Origin: Octopus sinensis
Lineage: Eukaryota
NCBI RefSeq assembly: GCF_006345805.1
Contig: NC_043001.1
Coordinates: 620,001 to 684,000 of the forward strand
Reading direction: 5' to 3'
Length of the DNA stretch: 64,000 nucleotides
Positions 12,109 to 26,337 of this stretch are shown here, piece by piece. Position 1 is the first letter of the stretch. Each line of letters begins with the position of its first letter. The translations under genes and the position numbers were made by a program. The notes beneath the pieces are model-generated. The model searched no databases and was not told the origin of the DNA. It saw only the letters and a program-made list of their open reading frames with translations.

Positions 12109-14644
12109 TCAGTCGAATCCTCCAACCCATGCTAGCATGGAAAGCGGCCGTTAAACGATGATGATGATTTATAGAGACCCATCCATCTTAATTCTTCATT
12201 TACTGTTCTTACTTTTATTCACCTTTTCTGCCATCTTACCCTTGAGCAAATAAGCCTATCAAGTGATGAGGACAATCTAATTTTATGGAGTACAAGACAA
12301 CCTCACTTGTCCTGGTGCCATGATAAACTACAGCCAGTCTTCTTTGTAAAGTGTTGGTGAATAAGTAAAGATGATATGAAATTGAAAGAATACCTTTGTC
12401 TTGCTAAGGACAGTGCCATGAGGAAAATGCCCACAGTACACTTTGTAAAATAGTTAGTGATAGGAATGGCATCCAACGGTAGAAATTGAACCCAAACTGA
12501 AAAGCGTAAATGGTCACCCAACCCTTATAGGAAGGAAGAAACTCAAATAAGAACTGATTTGGGCCATAACAGCCTATGTCTAACCTATATCAGCATGGAA
12601 AGAGGATGGATGAGTGGATGATGAGGAAGATATAGAAGATGGCAAATTGTTAGTGATATTCATTTCTGAAATTAGCTCAAGACTACAAAATACTGGCAGA
12701 AGATATGGTTGATTAATATAACTTCCAGAAGGATTGATTAAAAATAAAGGCAAAGTTGACTTTCTAGGCAGAAATAACCCAAAATAATGATGGAAATATT
12801 TTAAAGAAATTCCAAATAGAGAGAAAGAGAACAAGTGCAGTTTGAATAGTAAAAGAATGAAGAGGCAATGATGAGCATTGATTGCAAGTAAAAGGTGGAA
12901 AGGTTTAGAAGTAAAACATATTGAGTTTTATTTAACATATAAACAAGCAGACCATTGTTGCAATCCCTACATGAGTGTAGTGGCGGAATTTGTAGAGCAG
13001 CAGATAAAATGTCCAGCAGTATTTAACAATGCCCTCTTATATCATGACTTCAAATGATGGCAACTTCGCCTTTTGTTATTCCAGAGGTTCATGAGATAAG
13101 AACCACTTTAATAATGGACTTGTTATCACTGACCATCCTGCCTCTTAAAAGCTGTGTTCTTGTTGAAATGCATCACATACTGAAACTGTTATTGCACACT
13201 CTCAATGCTAGAATTCCTTGTTTCAATTCTTCTAGACAAAGAGAAAAACTTCTAGCAAGCCATATTCATGACCGGCTTTTAGTTTCCTGTCGAAATAACT
13301 TCCCTTCCACATTTGCATTACAAATGTTTCATGACTTCATTTTCTTGCCTCCATATTCTTATAATTACAGAAGAAATCAATACCTGTTACAAGAAACTCT
13401 GAGACTTATGTGATAGTTTTTTTGCTTTTTTTTAATATATATATATTTTAGTATTTGCTGTAAAAGAAGACTTAGAAGTGACCAAGGAGGAGGGGATCAG
13501 GAAGCCTGGTAAAGCTTGAAGATTTGAAACAACTAAAATGAAACCAAATTTTGAAAGGCTGAAAAGTGAGTAGAAGTGTTTGGTTATTGGAGCCGGATGC
13601 AGGGATGGAGGGATAAGTAATGGCAATGGATGACTGCCACTTGAGGAAAATGTGACAAGAAGATGCTGGAGAGGAGCAATAATTGGTGGAATCAGAGAAG
13701 GATTTATTGTTGTTTAGCCCCAGGTCAGCTCTGATCAAGTCCACCTATGATCACCTGCATTACACTCATGGCCATCTGGTCTATTATTATTTTTCCTTCA
13801 ACCATTATGTTCTCTATATCTACATTATCAACCGGCTATTTTTGGTTCTAAGCTGGTAGCTGAGAACAAAGAAGATTCAGTTGTTGTTTCTAAGAAGTTG
13901 ACTGACTCTCTTAGTGGTACAAGGACTTTTGAGGAAATAATGAGAGCAAATATAACAGAGCTGCATTTCTAAGATGAAATGGTCAAGCAAATTGGTCAGA
14001 TTTGGTGCTGCAGACTTGTATAAATTAGTGAAAGAGTTAGAGAATGGTGGTGAATTGAGATCTGATAGAAATGCTAATATGGAGAGATATGAAGCACAGG
14101 GATTGAGTCTGTCAGGTAATAAACATCTATTTAAAATCTTCCCATTACACTCGGTTATTTCTCTCTAAATTGTTTAACATGTTCTACCTGGAAAATACAA
14201 GTGAACAGTTTGTACAAATATGATTATTAGAATACCTTTACAGTATAAGTTATGAATAAATAAAGGAATAAACAGGCTCCGAAGCCGTTGATAAATGCTC
14301 AATGGACCTAATTCCACAACATAACTGAATATGTATACATATGAGTTTATATAGCTACCTTTCCAATGCCAATGTTTTATTGGTACTCTAGAAATTAATG
14401 CCCACTCACCACATGAAGTTGCTCACATCTTAATAAATAGTCTTCAGATATTATCATCAACAATTTTGGAGAGGCAGGAGAGTTAATCCTGATCTGTTAA
14501 TAGCAATGAAACCAGTCTTTTCATAGTTCATTGCAAATTGTGAAAAATGGCCCCTGTAGGGACCTCAGAGGATCAATTCTAAACTGAAATTAAATACAAA
14601 TGGATATGAATCTGCAGATTTATTTGCACAATATACAATCTCCT

Positions 14645-14861
14645 TAATACAACTCTGCCAAATCTGGCTCAGATATTCTTCCTGTTTTATGATCAATCTA
14701 GCCAGATCCCGCCTCTCACACCTACCCTACAATGCTGTTCTAAAACTAAACAATCACATCATCGAAGTCTCAAAGCTATGAGATAATGTATGGTTAATTT
14801 AAAACAACGTGAATAAATAAACATCATGCTTGACCAAGTAATCTCAACGCTTAAGGCTTAA
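14645..14861. mobile_element. degenerate piggyBac-like MITE
   Basis: Body gccagatcccgcctctcacacctaccctacaatg resembles a common octopus non-autonomous element. Right end aaggcttaa resembles an aagggTTAA terminus; left end is eroded. Confidence 0.4.
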
Positions 14862-15253
14862 ACCAACGTTTTCATAATAAAAAAAAAACAGGTCCATTGA
14901 GCAGCACCTCGTCAGTGGAATTTGTTTGATGGAATCTCTGTGAAAATCCACAATGTGTGTATATGTGTATGTGTGTGTATGTGTGTATATGTGTGTGTGT
15001 GTATGTGTGTGTGTGTGTACATGGGTTTTTTTTTATTATGCATCAGAGACAAAACTGAAGAATCAGTGCCTTCAAGCAAAAACACCTCATATTGTACTTG
15101 TTCAGTCTAAATTGTACAGATATTGCAATGTCTCACTTGCCATTTTAAATGTAGTGAATCAATGGTTGATTGGCCCATTGGATACCACTAACCAATGGTA
15201 CTTTACTCCACTGAATGCACAAAATATAAAAAAATATGAAATAACAAAGTTTC

Positions 15254-16433
15254 AAATAATTACAGAGGAATCAAGTTGTTGGATCAGGTAATGAAGGTCA
15301 CGGAGAGGGTCATAGCCCAACTAATTAGGGAGAGAGTCAGTTTAGATGAGATGCAGTTTGGGTTCGTGCCAGGGAAAAGCACCAATGATGCTATATTTCT
15401 GGTAAGACAGCTGCAGGAGAAATACCTAGCCAAAGATAAACCTCTGTACTTGGCTTTCGTTGACATGGAGAAAGCCTTTGACAGGGTTCGCTGATTCCTT
15501 ATCTGGTGGTCAATGAGGAAACTAGGGATAGATGAATGGTTAGCGAGAGCTGTGCAAGCCATGTATAGGGACACCATCAGTAAGGTGAGGGTTGGCAACG
15601 AGTACAGTGAAGAATTCAGTGTAGAGGTAGGGGTCCACCAAGGTTCAGTCTGCAGCCCCCTCCTATTTATCATAGTCCTCCAGGCAATAACAGAGGAATT
15701 CAAGACAGGATGCCCCTGGGAGCTCCTCTATGCTGATGACCTTGCTCTAATTGCTGAGTCACTATTAGAACTAGAGGAGAAGTTTCAGGTGTGGAAACAA
15801 GGATTAGAATCGAAGAGCCTTAGAGTCAACCGAGCTAAAACCAAAGTCCTAATAAGTAGGAAGGTGTGAAAACCACAAATCTCTTCAGGTAGATGGCCCT
15901 GTTCGATCTGTAGTAGAGGTGTAGGTAGAAACTCTATAAGATGTACCCAGTGTAAGCTATGGACACATAAGAGGTGCAGCATTATCAAAGGAAGGCTAAC
16001 TGGGAAGATAGTTTTTGTATGTGGCAGATGCTCAGGAGCAATAAACACTGAAAATGCGCAGAGAGCAACTTCCACCACATTCCAGGGAGAAAAACTAGAA
16101 GTAGTTGATAGCCTCCGTTACCTAGGTGACCAAGTCAATAGTGGGGATGGGTGCTCTGAAAGTGTAGCTCCTAAAATAAGAATAGCCTGGGCAAAGTTCA
16201 GAGAGCTCTTACTTCTACTGGTGACAAAGGGCCTCTCTCTCAGATTAAAAGGCAGACTGTATGACACATGTGTACGTACAGCCACGCTACATGGCAGTGA
16301 AACATGGGCCGTGACTGATGAGGACATGCGTATGCTTGCAGGGAATGAAACCAGTATGATCCGCGGGATGTGTAATGTCAGTGTGCATACTCGACAGAGT
16401 GAAAGTGGACATTAAACGATGATGATGATGATG
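15254..16433 (+). mobile_element. 5'-truncated, internally deleted RTE LINE (RT pseudogene)
   Basis: NNYRGIKLLDQ, QFGFVPGKST, AFVDMEKAFDRV, GVHQGSV, LLYADDL with stops and frameshifts. Near-identical to 46253-48150. ORF joins directly to the (GAT)n tail at ~16401. Confidence 0.92.
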
Positions 16434-19109
16434 CGGTTGACAGAAACTATTTAAAGGTTCGTTTTGTGTGTGTGTGTGCATGTGTGCGTGTGTGAGTATG
16501 TGTGTGTGTGAGTGTGAATGTGTATGTGTGATTGTATGTATGTGTTTGTGTGTGTGTGAATGTATGTGTGTGAATGTGTGTGTGAATGAATGTGCGTGTG
16601 TGTGAATGTGTGTATGTGTGAATGTGTGTCTTTCACCAGTGTGTATCAGAAAGAAATTAATATTGGTAGAAAAGCTGATGCTTTATGAATGAAGTCCCTT
16701 GCAATATTTGTTCTGCATTATTTGAGAGACACTCCTTTGTGATTGTTGTCATTAGAAATACAGAGAATTATAAGTAACAATGCTTTTGTTCCAGAATTTT
16801 AATTTAGAATGAATAAATTAGAAATAACTGCCTTTGATGAAAAGTCAAAGAATGCTATAAATGGATTCGATGTCTCTATAGGGATTGAACAGTTGTGAGT
16901 TTGAATTTGTGTTGCATTTTGGATAAGGCACTAAATTCCATTCTGTTTCACTTAAATGTCAGCAGAACAGATGAAAAAAATCAAAGGAACAAAATAAAGT
17001 GACAGTAGTAGACTTAACAGAAGCTTAGAAGAAACAATCATGTCACATATTCTCAATTGAATGAAATGATTTTCTTGGGTTTAAAGTTTTCATAAAAGCT
17101 GAAGTTAAAACTAATAAAATTAAAACTTAGGCTAATAATATTTTGTTGCAGACCAGATGAGATCCAGACGGAAGTTAAGAAATGATCTCTGAAACATTTA
17201 TAGATTAAGAGATAGAGGAAGAAATACATGTTGTATTAAAGATGTTTTAAACACAAAAACATATGTTGATGGTATTTATGGATGTGTAGCAGTGAACCAA
17301 CTACATGATCACTGCAGAGATCAATACTGATCAACTTTGAGATGATTTTGGTTATAAAGATATTGCTTAATGTTTATCTAGCAAATTATAGAGCAAATGA
17401 ACAGAAGAAATAGCTCAAGGATTACCTAAGAGTAAACCTTTCATGACCATATTTGGAATTTAATTGTTTATATTTTAATTAGTTTCAATGACTTTGAATG
17501 TTTTTTGTAAAATAACTACCTTTTGCCATTATCAAGTTTTCAGAACATAATTAAGCAAAAAATTCTTACATAATATCATAATAGAAAGTTTTATTAAGAC
17601 ATGAATTTTGGAAGATAGAAGTTTTGCATCGCAAAATTAGCAGATATAAAATGGGTCATGAAACATTGCATAGAGATAAGTTTCATCAGAAGCTTTTGTA
17701 ATGGACCATGCCATCCGGAGAAGAATGTGTTATTATGGATTGAGAGCAAAGCCAAATGACATCTTGTGGAAAGAAAGAGAATTTAGTATGTAGGTAGATG
17801 TACTGTGAAGTGTTATGTTCTTTCTTTGTCTGGAGCAGATAGTGTTCATTCTGTGTTTTGTTGCTGTTAGAGGAGATGCAATTAGAATTGGAAATTATCA
17901 TGAAATAGGGCTTCCCCTTTGTACGACAATTGGAACAGAGATAACCAGTAACAGATGTCACCCTTAAACCCTTACATTACAATCAGAGAAGGCACAAATA
18001 GTAACCACTGAGCATATTGAAGGGAACCAGTGAGAGAGAGTTTATGTGGTTGCATAAAAACTGTTTGAAATGGCAGTCTACCATTTTATAAAAGGAATGA
18101 CACATTGGAGAATGTAGTCATAGATATGCAAAAAAGACAAGAATGTCATGGCTGGAATGCCACTCATAATGTAATGGAGTTAATCTGAGACTAAACAGTA
18201 ACAAAAACAATGTGAACAACAATGTGGTCAGCGGGAGTGTTTTATCCAACACTTAAATGGTTCTGGCAAATGTCTAAATATTACCTGGCTAAGTAAAGCA
18301 TGTGTTGTGTATGAGAAGGTTACAAAGACTTTTTACAACCATTTATATGATATATTGAATAATTTCTAAGAATGATGGCTAAAATTTTATTGCTTGCATT
18401 CTTTTAGAAACAATTTTCATTGTTAGCAGTAAAATTTTTGTGCCTCTTTCAAATGATTTTGCATCTTAAACTCTTTCAGTGCAACCAATGAATCTTTGCC
18501 TTCAGCAGGCTTACAGCTAGAAACTCAAATTTCTTACTTATTATTTTAAACTTCTTTGACCTATATTACAAACTAAAACTAATTTACAGATTCCAATACT
18601 TACAAATGTGATATGAAGGAAGGATTATAATACTAAATATGTAAGGAAGAATGATGAATGGTAAAGAGTGAGAAGAATTTCTTGGCTGTTTTTGGAGTAA
18701 CAAATATCCAAACCCTTTGAGCCAAATGAACTTTATGTTCTTTCTCTTTAATTTTTCATTTTTCATGAAACTTTTCTTGCTTACTAGTATAATCTTTATA
18801 TAATTAACAGTTATATTTAGTTATAGATTCTACACATTTATAAAATTACTTCACTCCAATTTTGTAAGTTTTTTAATAATTTTACTCAATTATATTTTCA
18901 ATGTTCTCATCTATGAAAGGTATATCTGAATCTATTGAAAAATTGAGCAAATTTAGAGTGAGGATATTTTTACAAATCAAGCTAAAAAAAAAAGAAGCAA
19001 AATGTTGTTGAATTGAGTTTGGAATAATTTCTATGACTCCTTGCATACAACTGTTTAATATAGTTTCAAATCTGTCTGCCAGGGCCATCAAAACTATTAA
19101 ATTATAATG

Positions 19110-20345
19110 CTTTTACTTGGTTTGTATCAATTATATTCATCATTCGTCCAAACCAATGTGCATGATTCTTTTGCATGCCCTGACCAATTCTCTTTTATGC
19201 ACAACTTTCTCTCACTGAAGTTTGCATAATGCATCCAACAGAACTTATTCATTTCTAGCATCTGTTAATCTTTCACTCTTAATTCCCATCTTTCCCTGTT
19301 ATATAACATTATCATGCTGAGAAAGAAAACATAATTGAACTAACAAAAAGATAAAACAGAATCCTTTTATCAATAAAGACAGCAGCTCCCTAAACTTCTG
19401 ACAGACAGTTAGATCTCTTCATTCTGCTTTCACTGTTTCAATTCTAAGACTTCATTAGATCTTCTATTCAACAAAATTTACCTAATTTCAGTGAAAAGTG
19501 AGAGCAGTTTATAGCTTTTGTGTCTGGATTACTATCAATCAATTTCTAATTTTTAAAAATATTTGTGGAGTTTGTTTCTTGCCATTATATTTCAAATGTT
19601 ACTTTATCTGCAGTAAAGTCCTCTTCTTCTTTGTGACTAGAATTGCAATAAAAAGACAATTTTTGAAGAACAGCAGTTTTCACTGAAAAATAATGTTCTA
19701 ATTTTTATTTTTTAGTAAGGGAGGTACCCAGACTGATATTTCAAGGTATCCAAACCTATATTTCAAAGCTTTTACTCCCCACCCTCACCAAAAACTATAC
19801 TTTTATAGTTTTTAAAAAAAATGATTTATTAAACGTAACCCATCTAACAATAAGTATAAGAAAATGGCAGAATAAAAGAGTGGATCATATTTTCGTTTCA
19901 ACCATTCCATTCTAGTTTACCATTAATTTATTCATGGTTTCTGTGTCATTGCACATAAATCTATATTTCATGACTTTTTTTCTTTCTAATTATCTTTGAT
20001 AATCTTTTGGTATCTACACTTTAGAACTTAATCTTGTGAAATGGTTTCTCTGCAAAAGACAGCCAACATGCTTGTTGGCTTAAAAATTCTAGCAAACAGA
20101 GTAAACTAGTCACAATTGGCGCTATAGAATCTGATTCCTAAGATACTGTTAAATCTCTGCAGCAACAGAATAGATAAGATGTAGTGCTTTTCTCCAGGGG
20201 ATTCTGAGATCCTTATCTTGTTAGAGACTGCATTTTGTTCATCAGCAACATACTACTGTTGATTTAGTTTACTACTTTATAAATGGGACCAAAACCATTA
20301 CGTGAGAGAAAGAGACTAATGCCTTATAATATTATTACTGTAAAT
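19110..20345 (-). pseudogene. ancient RTE-type RT remnant
   Basis: Minus-strand fragments in correct order: aataattataaggcattagtctc (cf. NNYRGISL), CQKFRELLSLLI (cf. WAKFRELLPLL), MQKNHAHWFGRM (cf. VQERRLRWYGHV). Confidence 0.5.
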
Positions 20346-20835
20346 TTCCAGATTTCAAGTGAAGGAATGACAAAATTTGTTCAAGAAATCCTAAAACTTC
20401 TGTGTGCCAATAGCAACATCTACTTAAGATTTTTCAAATAAGTTAATCAACAATGGAATGTAATCTAGCTCATGTGTGTGTTTAGTAGAATCTACTTTAT
20501 TGCAAGCATTTGGACTAGGTGTCTGGTCTCATGCTATCACAATTTTCCTCTCTTGCCCCCATCTATCCTGTGGAGGCCCTGCAAAGAGGTTATAGAACAT
20601 GCCCTTCCTTCTCTAATTAAACCATAAAATATAAAAAAATAGAAAGATAGAAGCAGTGCACATGACTCTTATAGGTCCTCATCTCTCTGACTCTACTGCC
20701 TGGTCTGAACACTTGTAGGTCAATGTCTGCAGGAAATGTAGGTAACAACAAGACAGAATTTAACAAAACTATTTCAACATTTATAGGTGTTTAAAAGTAA
20801 CACAAAAGACAATGACTGAGGCAGTGATTCAAAGA

Positions 20836-21100
20836 GCTTTGGCACCTGTGCCAGTGGCATGTATAAAAAGATTCGAGTGAGGTCGTTGCCAGTACCGCCT
20901 GAATGGCCCCCGTGCTGGTGGCACGTAAAAAGCACCCACTACACTCTCGGAGTGGTTGGCATTAGGAAGGGCATCCAGCTGTAGAAACTCTGCCAGATCA
21001 AGATTGGAGCTTGGCGCAGCCATCTGGTTCGCCAGCCCTCAGTTAAAATCGTCCAACACATGCTAGCATGGAAAGCGGACATTAAATGATGATGATGATG
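20836..21100 (+). mobile_element. RTE LINE 3'-end fragment
   Basis: Same 3' UTR motifs and (GAT)n tail. Confidence 0.85.
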
Positions 21101-22168
21101 TTCTAAGGAAATTAGTGAAATATTCATAACTTGTAGAAACGAGGCAATTTTATAACTGGTGAATATTTAAGAAACCTGGGACTGCATTAGAAATTTATAA
21201 TTCTCAGGAAAGGGAAACATTTTTTGATTCAAGAGTTTGTAGTTATATTATTATAATGTTTCTGGGTTCATAATTTTAAATATATTTTCACATTTCTAAT
21301 CTCTAAAATGTAGAATTAATTTTTAAACTAAATTTCTTAGCTGATAGAAATAAATAGAGAAAGGATCTTTTAATATGAAGCGACACACACAATTTAATCT
21401 GATGCTCAATATTTTGATGGTGTTAAAACTGTCAGTACTTAAATAAATACTTCCTTGCCTGTCTATGAACATGAAATGAACAAAGAAATTGCCAAATAAT
21501 CTTCATAAATTTTCATCAGGCTAAGAAAATATTTACGCTTAAGGTTTCTGGAGGAAGGCTTTGGTACATATTAATTGAATTTTGCTTTTATTGACTTTAT
21601 ACATGTATGAGAACACTTGGCCTTCTACCCTGGAATCTTGGAAACAGAATCATTTTTTCCTGGTTAAAGACAAAGAAAACTCTTTGCCGAGATGTTCAGT
21701 TTATGTTGTATTACCTTACTGAACAAACACAAGATTTCTTCAAATGCATCAGTTGATGTTTGTTGTTGTTGTTGTTGTTGTTGCTGCTTCAGTTGTACCC
21801 CATTATAATCACAATGGAGATGAAACCTTGAGTAATTATTTGAAGCAACCTTTTATTTTGAAAATATCCAAAACAATAGTTTATACTGTTCTGTCTATTT
21901 ACTCCAAGGGATTGGGCAGAAGTTACAGGTGTGGTGGCGATGGTGGTAAAATATAAGCATCTCACCTTTCTCTAGAAAGCTTTATAAATCTTAGGAAGAT
22001 ATTAAAAACAAGATTAAAACTTTTCCACTTTCTCTCTCTTTCTCTGTGTGTGTGTGTATATGTATGTATGTATGATGAATATGTGTGTGTATTTATATAC
22101 ATATAAATAAATAAATAAATATATATATATATGTTTATGTGTGTGATGATGATATATATATGTATATG

Positions 22169-22219
<51 letters not shown>

Positions 22220-24829
22220 ATATATATATATGTATGTATGTATGTATATTTATATCTTATAGTGTATCCATCATGGGTTTGATGTATGTGATATTAGATG
22301 TCAACAGCAGAGAAGAATGTACACAAAGTCAGCATATGAAAAAAATTATCATCCAGGAGAATGCTGTAAACAAAGAACACTGCTACATTCTCATGGCGCC
22401 AAACATTATCATCTTAACTCTGCAGCACATGTTCTTGAATAAACAATACAATCTTCAGATTTCTGATACCAAAATTAGATATTAATATATTACTTTCAAC
22501 GGAGATTTTACATTTATTAACTAGAAAAAGTCTTTGAGAAACACCAAAAAGAGGAACCTACTTTTTTGATTCTAAAACTACCTCAATTTATTGTAAACGC
22601 AAATGATCTAAATGACTTCTTTGTTGGTGTAAACTTTCAGTTGAAGAATATAAATAGCTGTATTATATATGAATGGCAGATTTATATTATATCTCAACAT
22701 TCAGAATGGAGGTTAACTTCAAAAAAGAAACTTTAATAGAAATCAATTTTAATGATACTGAAATTTTAGTCTAAGGGAGTAAAGGGTCTCTACAAATATA
22801 GCAGTATTAAGAAAATGGTTGATGAAAACATATCAAGAAGTAGGGAAGAACTCTGCATACACAAATTACACTTTGTAATATCATCTCGTGTGTTGCTAAT
22901 TCTGGCAAGATTTCAACCTAGAACTAATGTTATGTACAATTCATTCTTTGACTATAAAAATTGAAATAGATAAACTATTTTAAGAATATCCTAAATAAAA
23001 ATCAAAGAATACTGTGAAATTATTATAGTAAATGAGAGGAAAAAACTTGAATAATGTAGAAAATAAACACAAACTTTTTCTTTCGGAATTTCATAATGGG
23101 GGAACAAACAGCAGAAATAATTTGAAACAAGGGGATCAATTTTTCATATTCTAAAGAACTTTTTATATAATTAGAACAAGAATATTTTCTAGAATAATTC
23201 ACAAAGAATAAAATGGAAATTTTTAAAAATATCAACAAACAAAAAAAAGACTTTGCTAAAAGTTTAAATAGAAATGAGAAGAGGGAATATTTCTTTGTCT
23301 ATTATGCTTTTTGGATTTTTGCACCAACAACACTTTTGGTAAATCTCTTGTAGAACATCAGTTTGTTATAAAAAAAAATAAAAAAACTCCTCCCCCACCA
23401 AAACAGTAGAAAGACATTCTGTTACTTGATTTTGTCATAATATAACAAAACAGACACATAGAATATTATCAACTATGAACCTGAAAAAGGAAATACTAAA
23501 TTGTAGTAATCTCTTCTAAACAGTTGAACTTGAAATCACAGTTGTAGAAGTTGCCAAGTTTACTTGGAAGTAGGGGGTATGAAGGAGGAAAAGGGTGAAG
23601 AGCCAGATACATACAGATTCAGAAAAGGATAACTTACTTAAATTTGATTAGAATTTGATGAATTTCTCTCTAACTTCTCTGCAGTAAAATCTGCTAATTT
23701 CCAAAAGACAGCCATCCTTTAAGCTATCAGTTTCTTTGTAAGCATAGTTGTATTGAAGAGTTTTTAGGCTCTTTGCTGTAATTGTTGCTTTTTTTTTTTT
23801 TTACCCTAATCTTATTCTGTGTGTTGTGCTACTACTGCCTCTGCTGTAGGAATGGTGTGAAATGAGAGAAGAGGCTGGTGGAAGTTTCTGAAGGTAGACC
23901 AGACATATATAGTCTCTCTCTGTTCACCATTAGTTAAAAAGCTTTCTAAATGATAAATAGTATACAGACAGATACACACACACACACACACATGTATACA
24001 TATATAATTCTATACACACACACTGCTACTCACACATATCACAGCTTTGACTTCTCTCTCTATGGCTCTAGCCTTCCTTTACTCAATTCTCTCTCTCCAC
24101 ACACACACACACACATACACACACGCACGCGCTTGTACACACATGTGGCTTATTTGTTCCATCTATTTAATTTCTTTCTAAAAATATATATTTTAAACAG
24201 TTCCTAACAAACGGTATAGGAATACACGTTTTCGAAAGTGCTACAGGTACTGACTGCCGGCATATAAGCTGGTGTAACTGGGCGTTATGCATTTCGTGTT
24301 ATATACCTATGTAAATGTGTACACACCTACTGGTCTGTGTATGTGTTCAGTTTCATCTAGTAATCACAACAAGAGACATGCTGGAGCACTACCTTCAGCT
24401 ATATATGTATATATACATATACACATACTCAAGAATATATATATGCATACATATATTTCTCTCTATTTGTGTGTTGTTATGTGTGTATATGTGTGTATGC
24501 ATCTTCACATTGAGAGAAGGTAAACAAACACCTAACTGCAATTGTGACCAACTCTGAAAATCTTCAGAAATCAATCATTCTCTGAAATTAGTATGCAATC
24601 AAAGAAAAGGCAATGTGTTTTCTTTTACTGGAAACAAGAAGACAAATGTGAAAACAAGTTTCTGCCTCAATAAATCCTGGCCATCTTTGAGACTGATACC
24701 TTGTTTTCTTTCATATAATGTTTATTAAATTGTTTCCATTTTACTGTCTCTCATTATCATCATCATCATCATTATTTCTGTTGGTGTCGTTGCACTAGTG
24801 CATGCTAATTTAGTTAACAAGTATTTTAT

Positions 24830-25990
24830 CTTGATGTCTGGTGACAAGTCTCCTCAAGAATCTTCTTTAGGATTCTTGCAGTGGTACTTTTTTTGCTGGT
24901 CAACAATGTGAATTTCAATTCCAGTCTCTTTCAGTATTTTAGGTGGTATTTTTAGTGTTGTACTAATTCTATTCTTATCTTTGATTTCCACAGTCTCCTC
25001 AGCTCTCTTGCTAGATCCTGATATTTCTAACTTTGTTTGGCATCGACTCTGCTGACATAGATAATTGCAAAATCTCTGATTAATCATCTTTGGTCTTCTT
25101 GCCTTAGTAGTATGGTCAGTCCCATAAGATCTTATAATACTCATTTTCTATCACAGCCTCTGGTACGTGTTCATACCACTTTTCTGTTGTTTTGAAGCCA
25201 CACACTCGACTAACATCCCAGTACCCTCTTTTGTCTACACAGTCATGTCTGCACTTATACTCCTTTCGTTCTAGTATATTGCACTCATTCAAAAAGGGAT
25301 TGATACTTTGGTCTCCTTTCCTGCAGATTCTACATTTGCTGTCTGACTGAGTTTTGTCAATCTTTGTCAGATTTGTTTGAATGGCTTGTTCTTGAGTGGC
25401 TATAATTAGCATTTCTGTCTTATATTTCAAGTTCCTGTCTGTCAACCAGAGCCAGCAACCTTTACTTCCAACATTCTCAGTTTGTTGCGTGAAATGACCG
25501 TGTAGTTCCATTCTTTCTACTTGCTTCTTCTGTTGTTCTTCCTTCTCTCTTTGAATCCTCCGACTATTTTAGTTGCTGGGGTATTGCTGCTAATAATATC
25601 CTTCTTTTACTCTGCCCAGCATAATTTTTCAGACTCTGTATCACAGTATTAACATGTGTCTTCTAAATTTAGTTTTCCTCTGCCACCTTCCTTTCTTGGT
25701 AGTTAGAGTTGGTCGGTATTGCTCTTAGCACGAAGTACATTGTGCCTTGTAAGCAACTTTCTGGTCTTCTATCCATGTTCCATAGCTTTGTCCACTTCAG
25801 AAAGGGAGTACAGTATCTCAATATGGGCATAGCCCTTGTACTTATGGCTTCAATGATGTTCCAATTAATTTTCATTACATTTTCTCTCTCAGTTACAGTC
25901 TCAGAGTGGTACTCATATAATTTGCCAACAGTTTTCATTTTATAAGGTCAACTCATTAACCAGTGTAGATATTGGCCAACTCTGTTATGT
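24830..25990 (-). mobile_element. R4/Dong-like LINE 3' part (post-RT region, CCHC zinc knuckle, RLE) pseudogene
   Basis: ORFs give AISTRAMPILRYC...W, LHGHF...WLWLTDRNLK.KTEMLIIATQEQAIQT, CRICRKGDQSINPFLNEC and YKCRHD...WYEHVPEAVIENEYYKILWD. Confidence 0.85.
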
Positions 25991-26004
25991 CTTGATGATC
26001 TCAC

Positions 26005-26337
26005 AGAGCTGCTACCATGCTGGACAAAATGCTTAGTAGTGGTATTTCATCTGTCTCTACATTCTAAGTTCCAATTCTGCCAAGGTCAACTTTACCTTTC
26101 ATCTATTTGAGGTCAATAAAATAAGTGTCAGTTGAACACTGGGGTTGATGTGATCAACTTAGCCCCTCTTTTGAAATTGCTGGCCTTGTGCCTAAATTTG
26201 ACACCCTTTTATTAATTATTTCTTTATTGCTCACAAGGAGCAATAGAGGGGACAAACAAGGACCGAAATACTGGCTGATGAAATACTGCTAAGCATTTCG
26301 CCCGGTGTGCTAACAATTCTGCCATCTTGCCACCCTC
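26005..26337. mobile_element. two tRNA/Meta-type SINE copies in inverted orientation
   Basis: 26005-26210 is a plus copy; 26215-26337 is a minus copy keeping tail and head with the centre missing. Confidence 0.65.

Noticed and set aside
23850-23893. Exon-like segment ctgctgtag|GAATGG...GAAG|gtagac
   Set aside because: Stops in all three frames and a weak donor; could only be noncoding.
24209-24232. Small hairpin resembling part of miR-137
   Set aside because: Too short for a pre-miRNA and the seed does not match.
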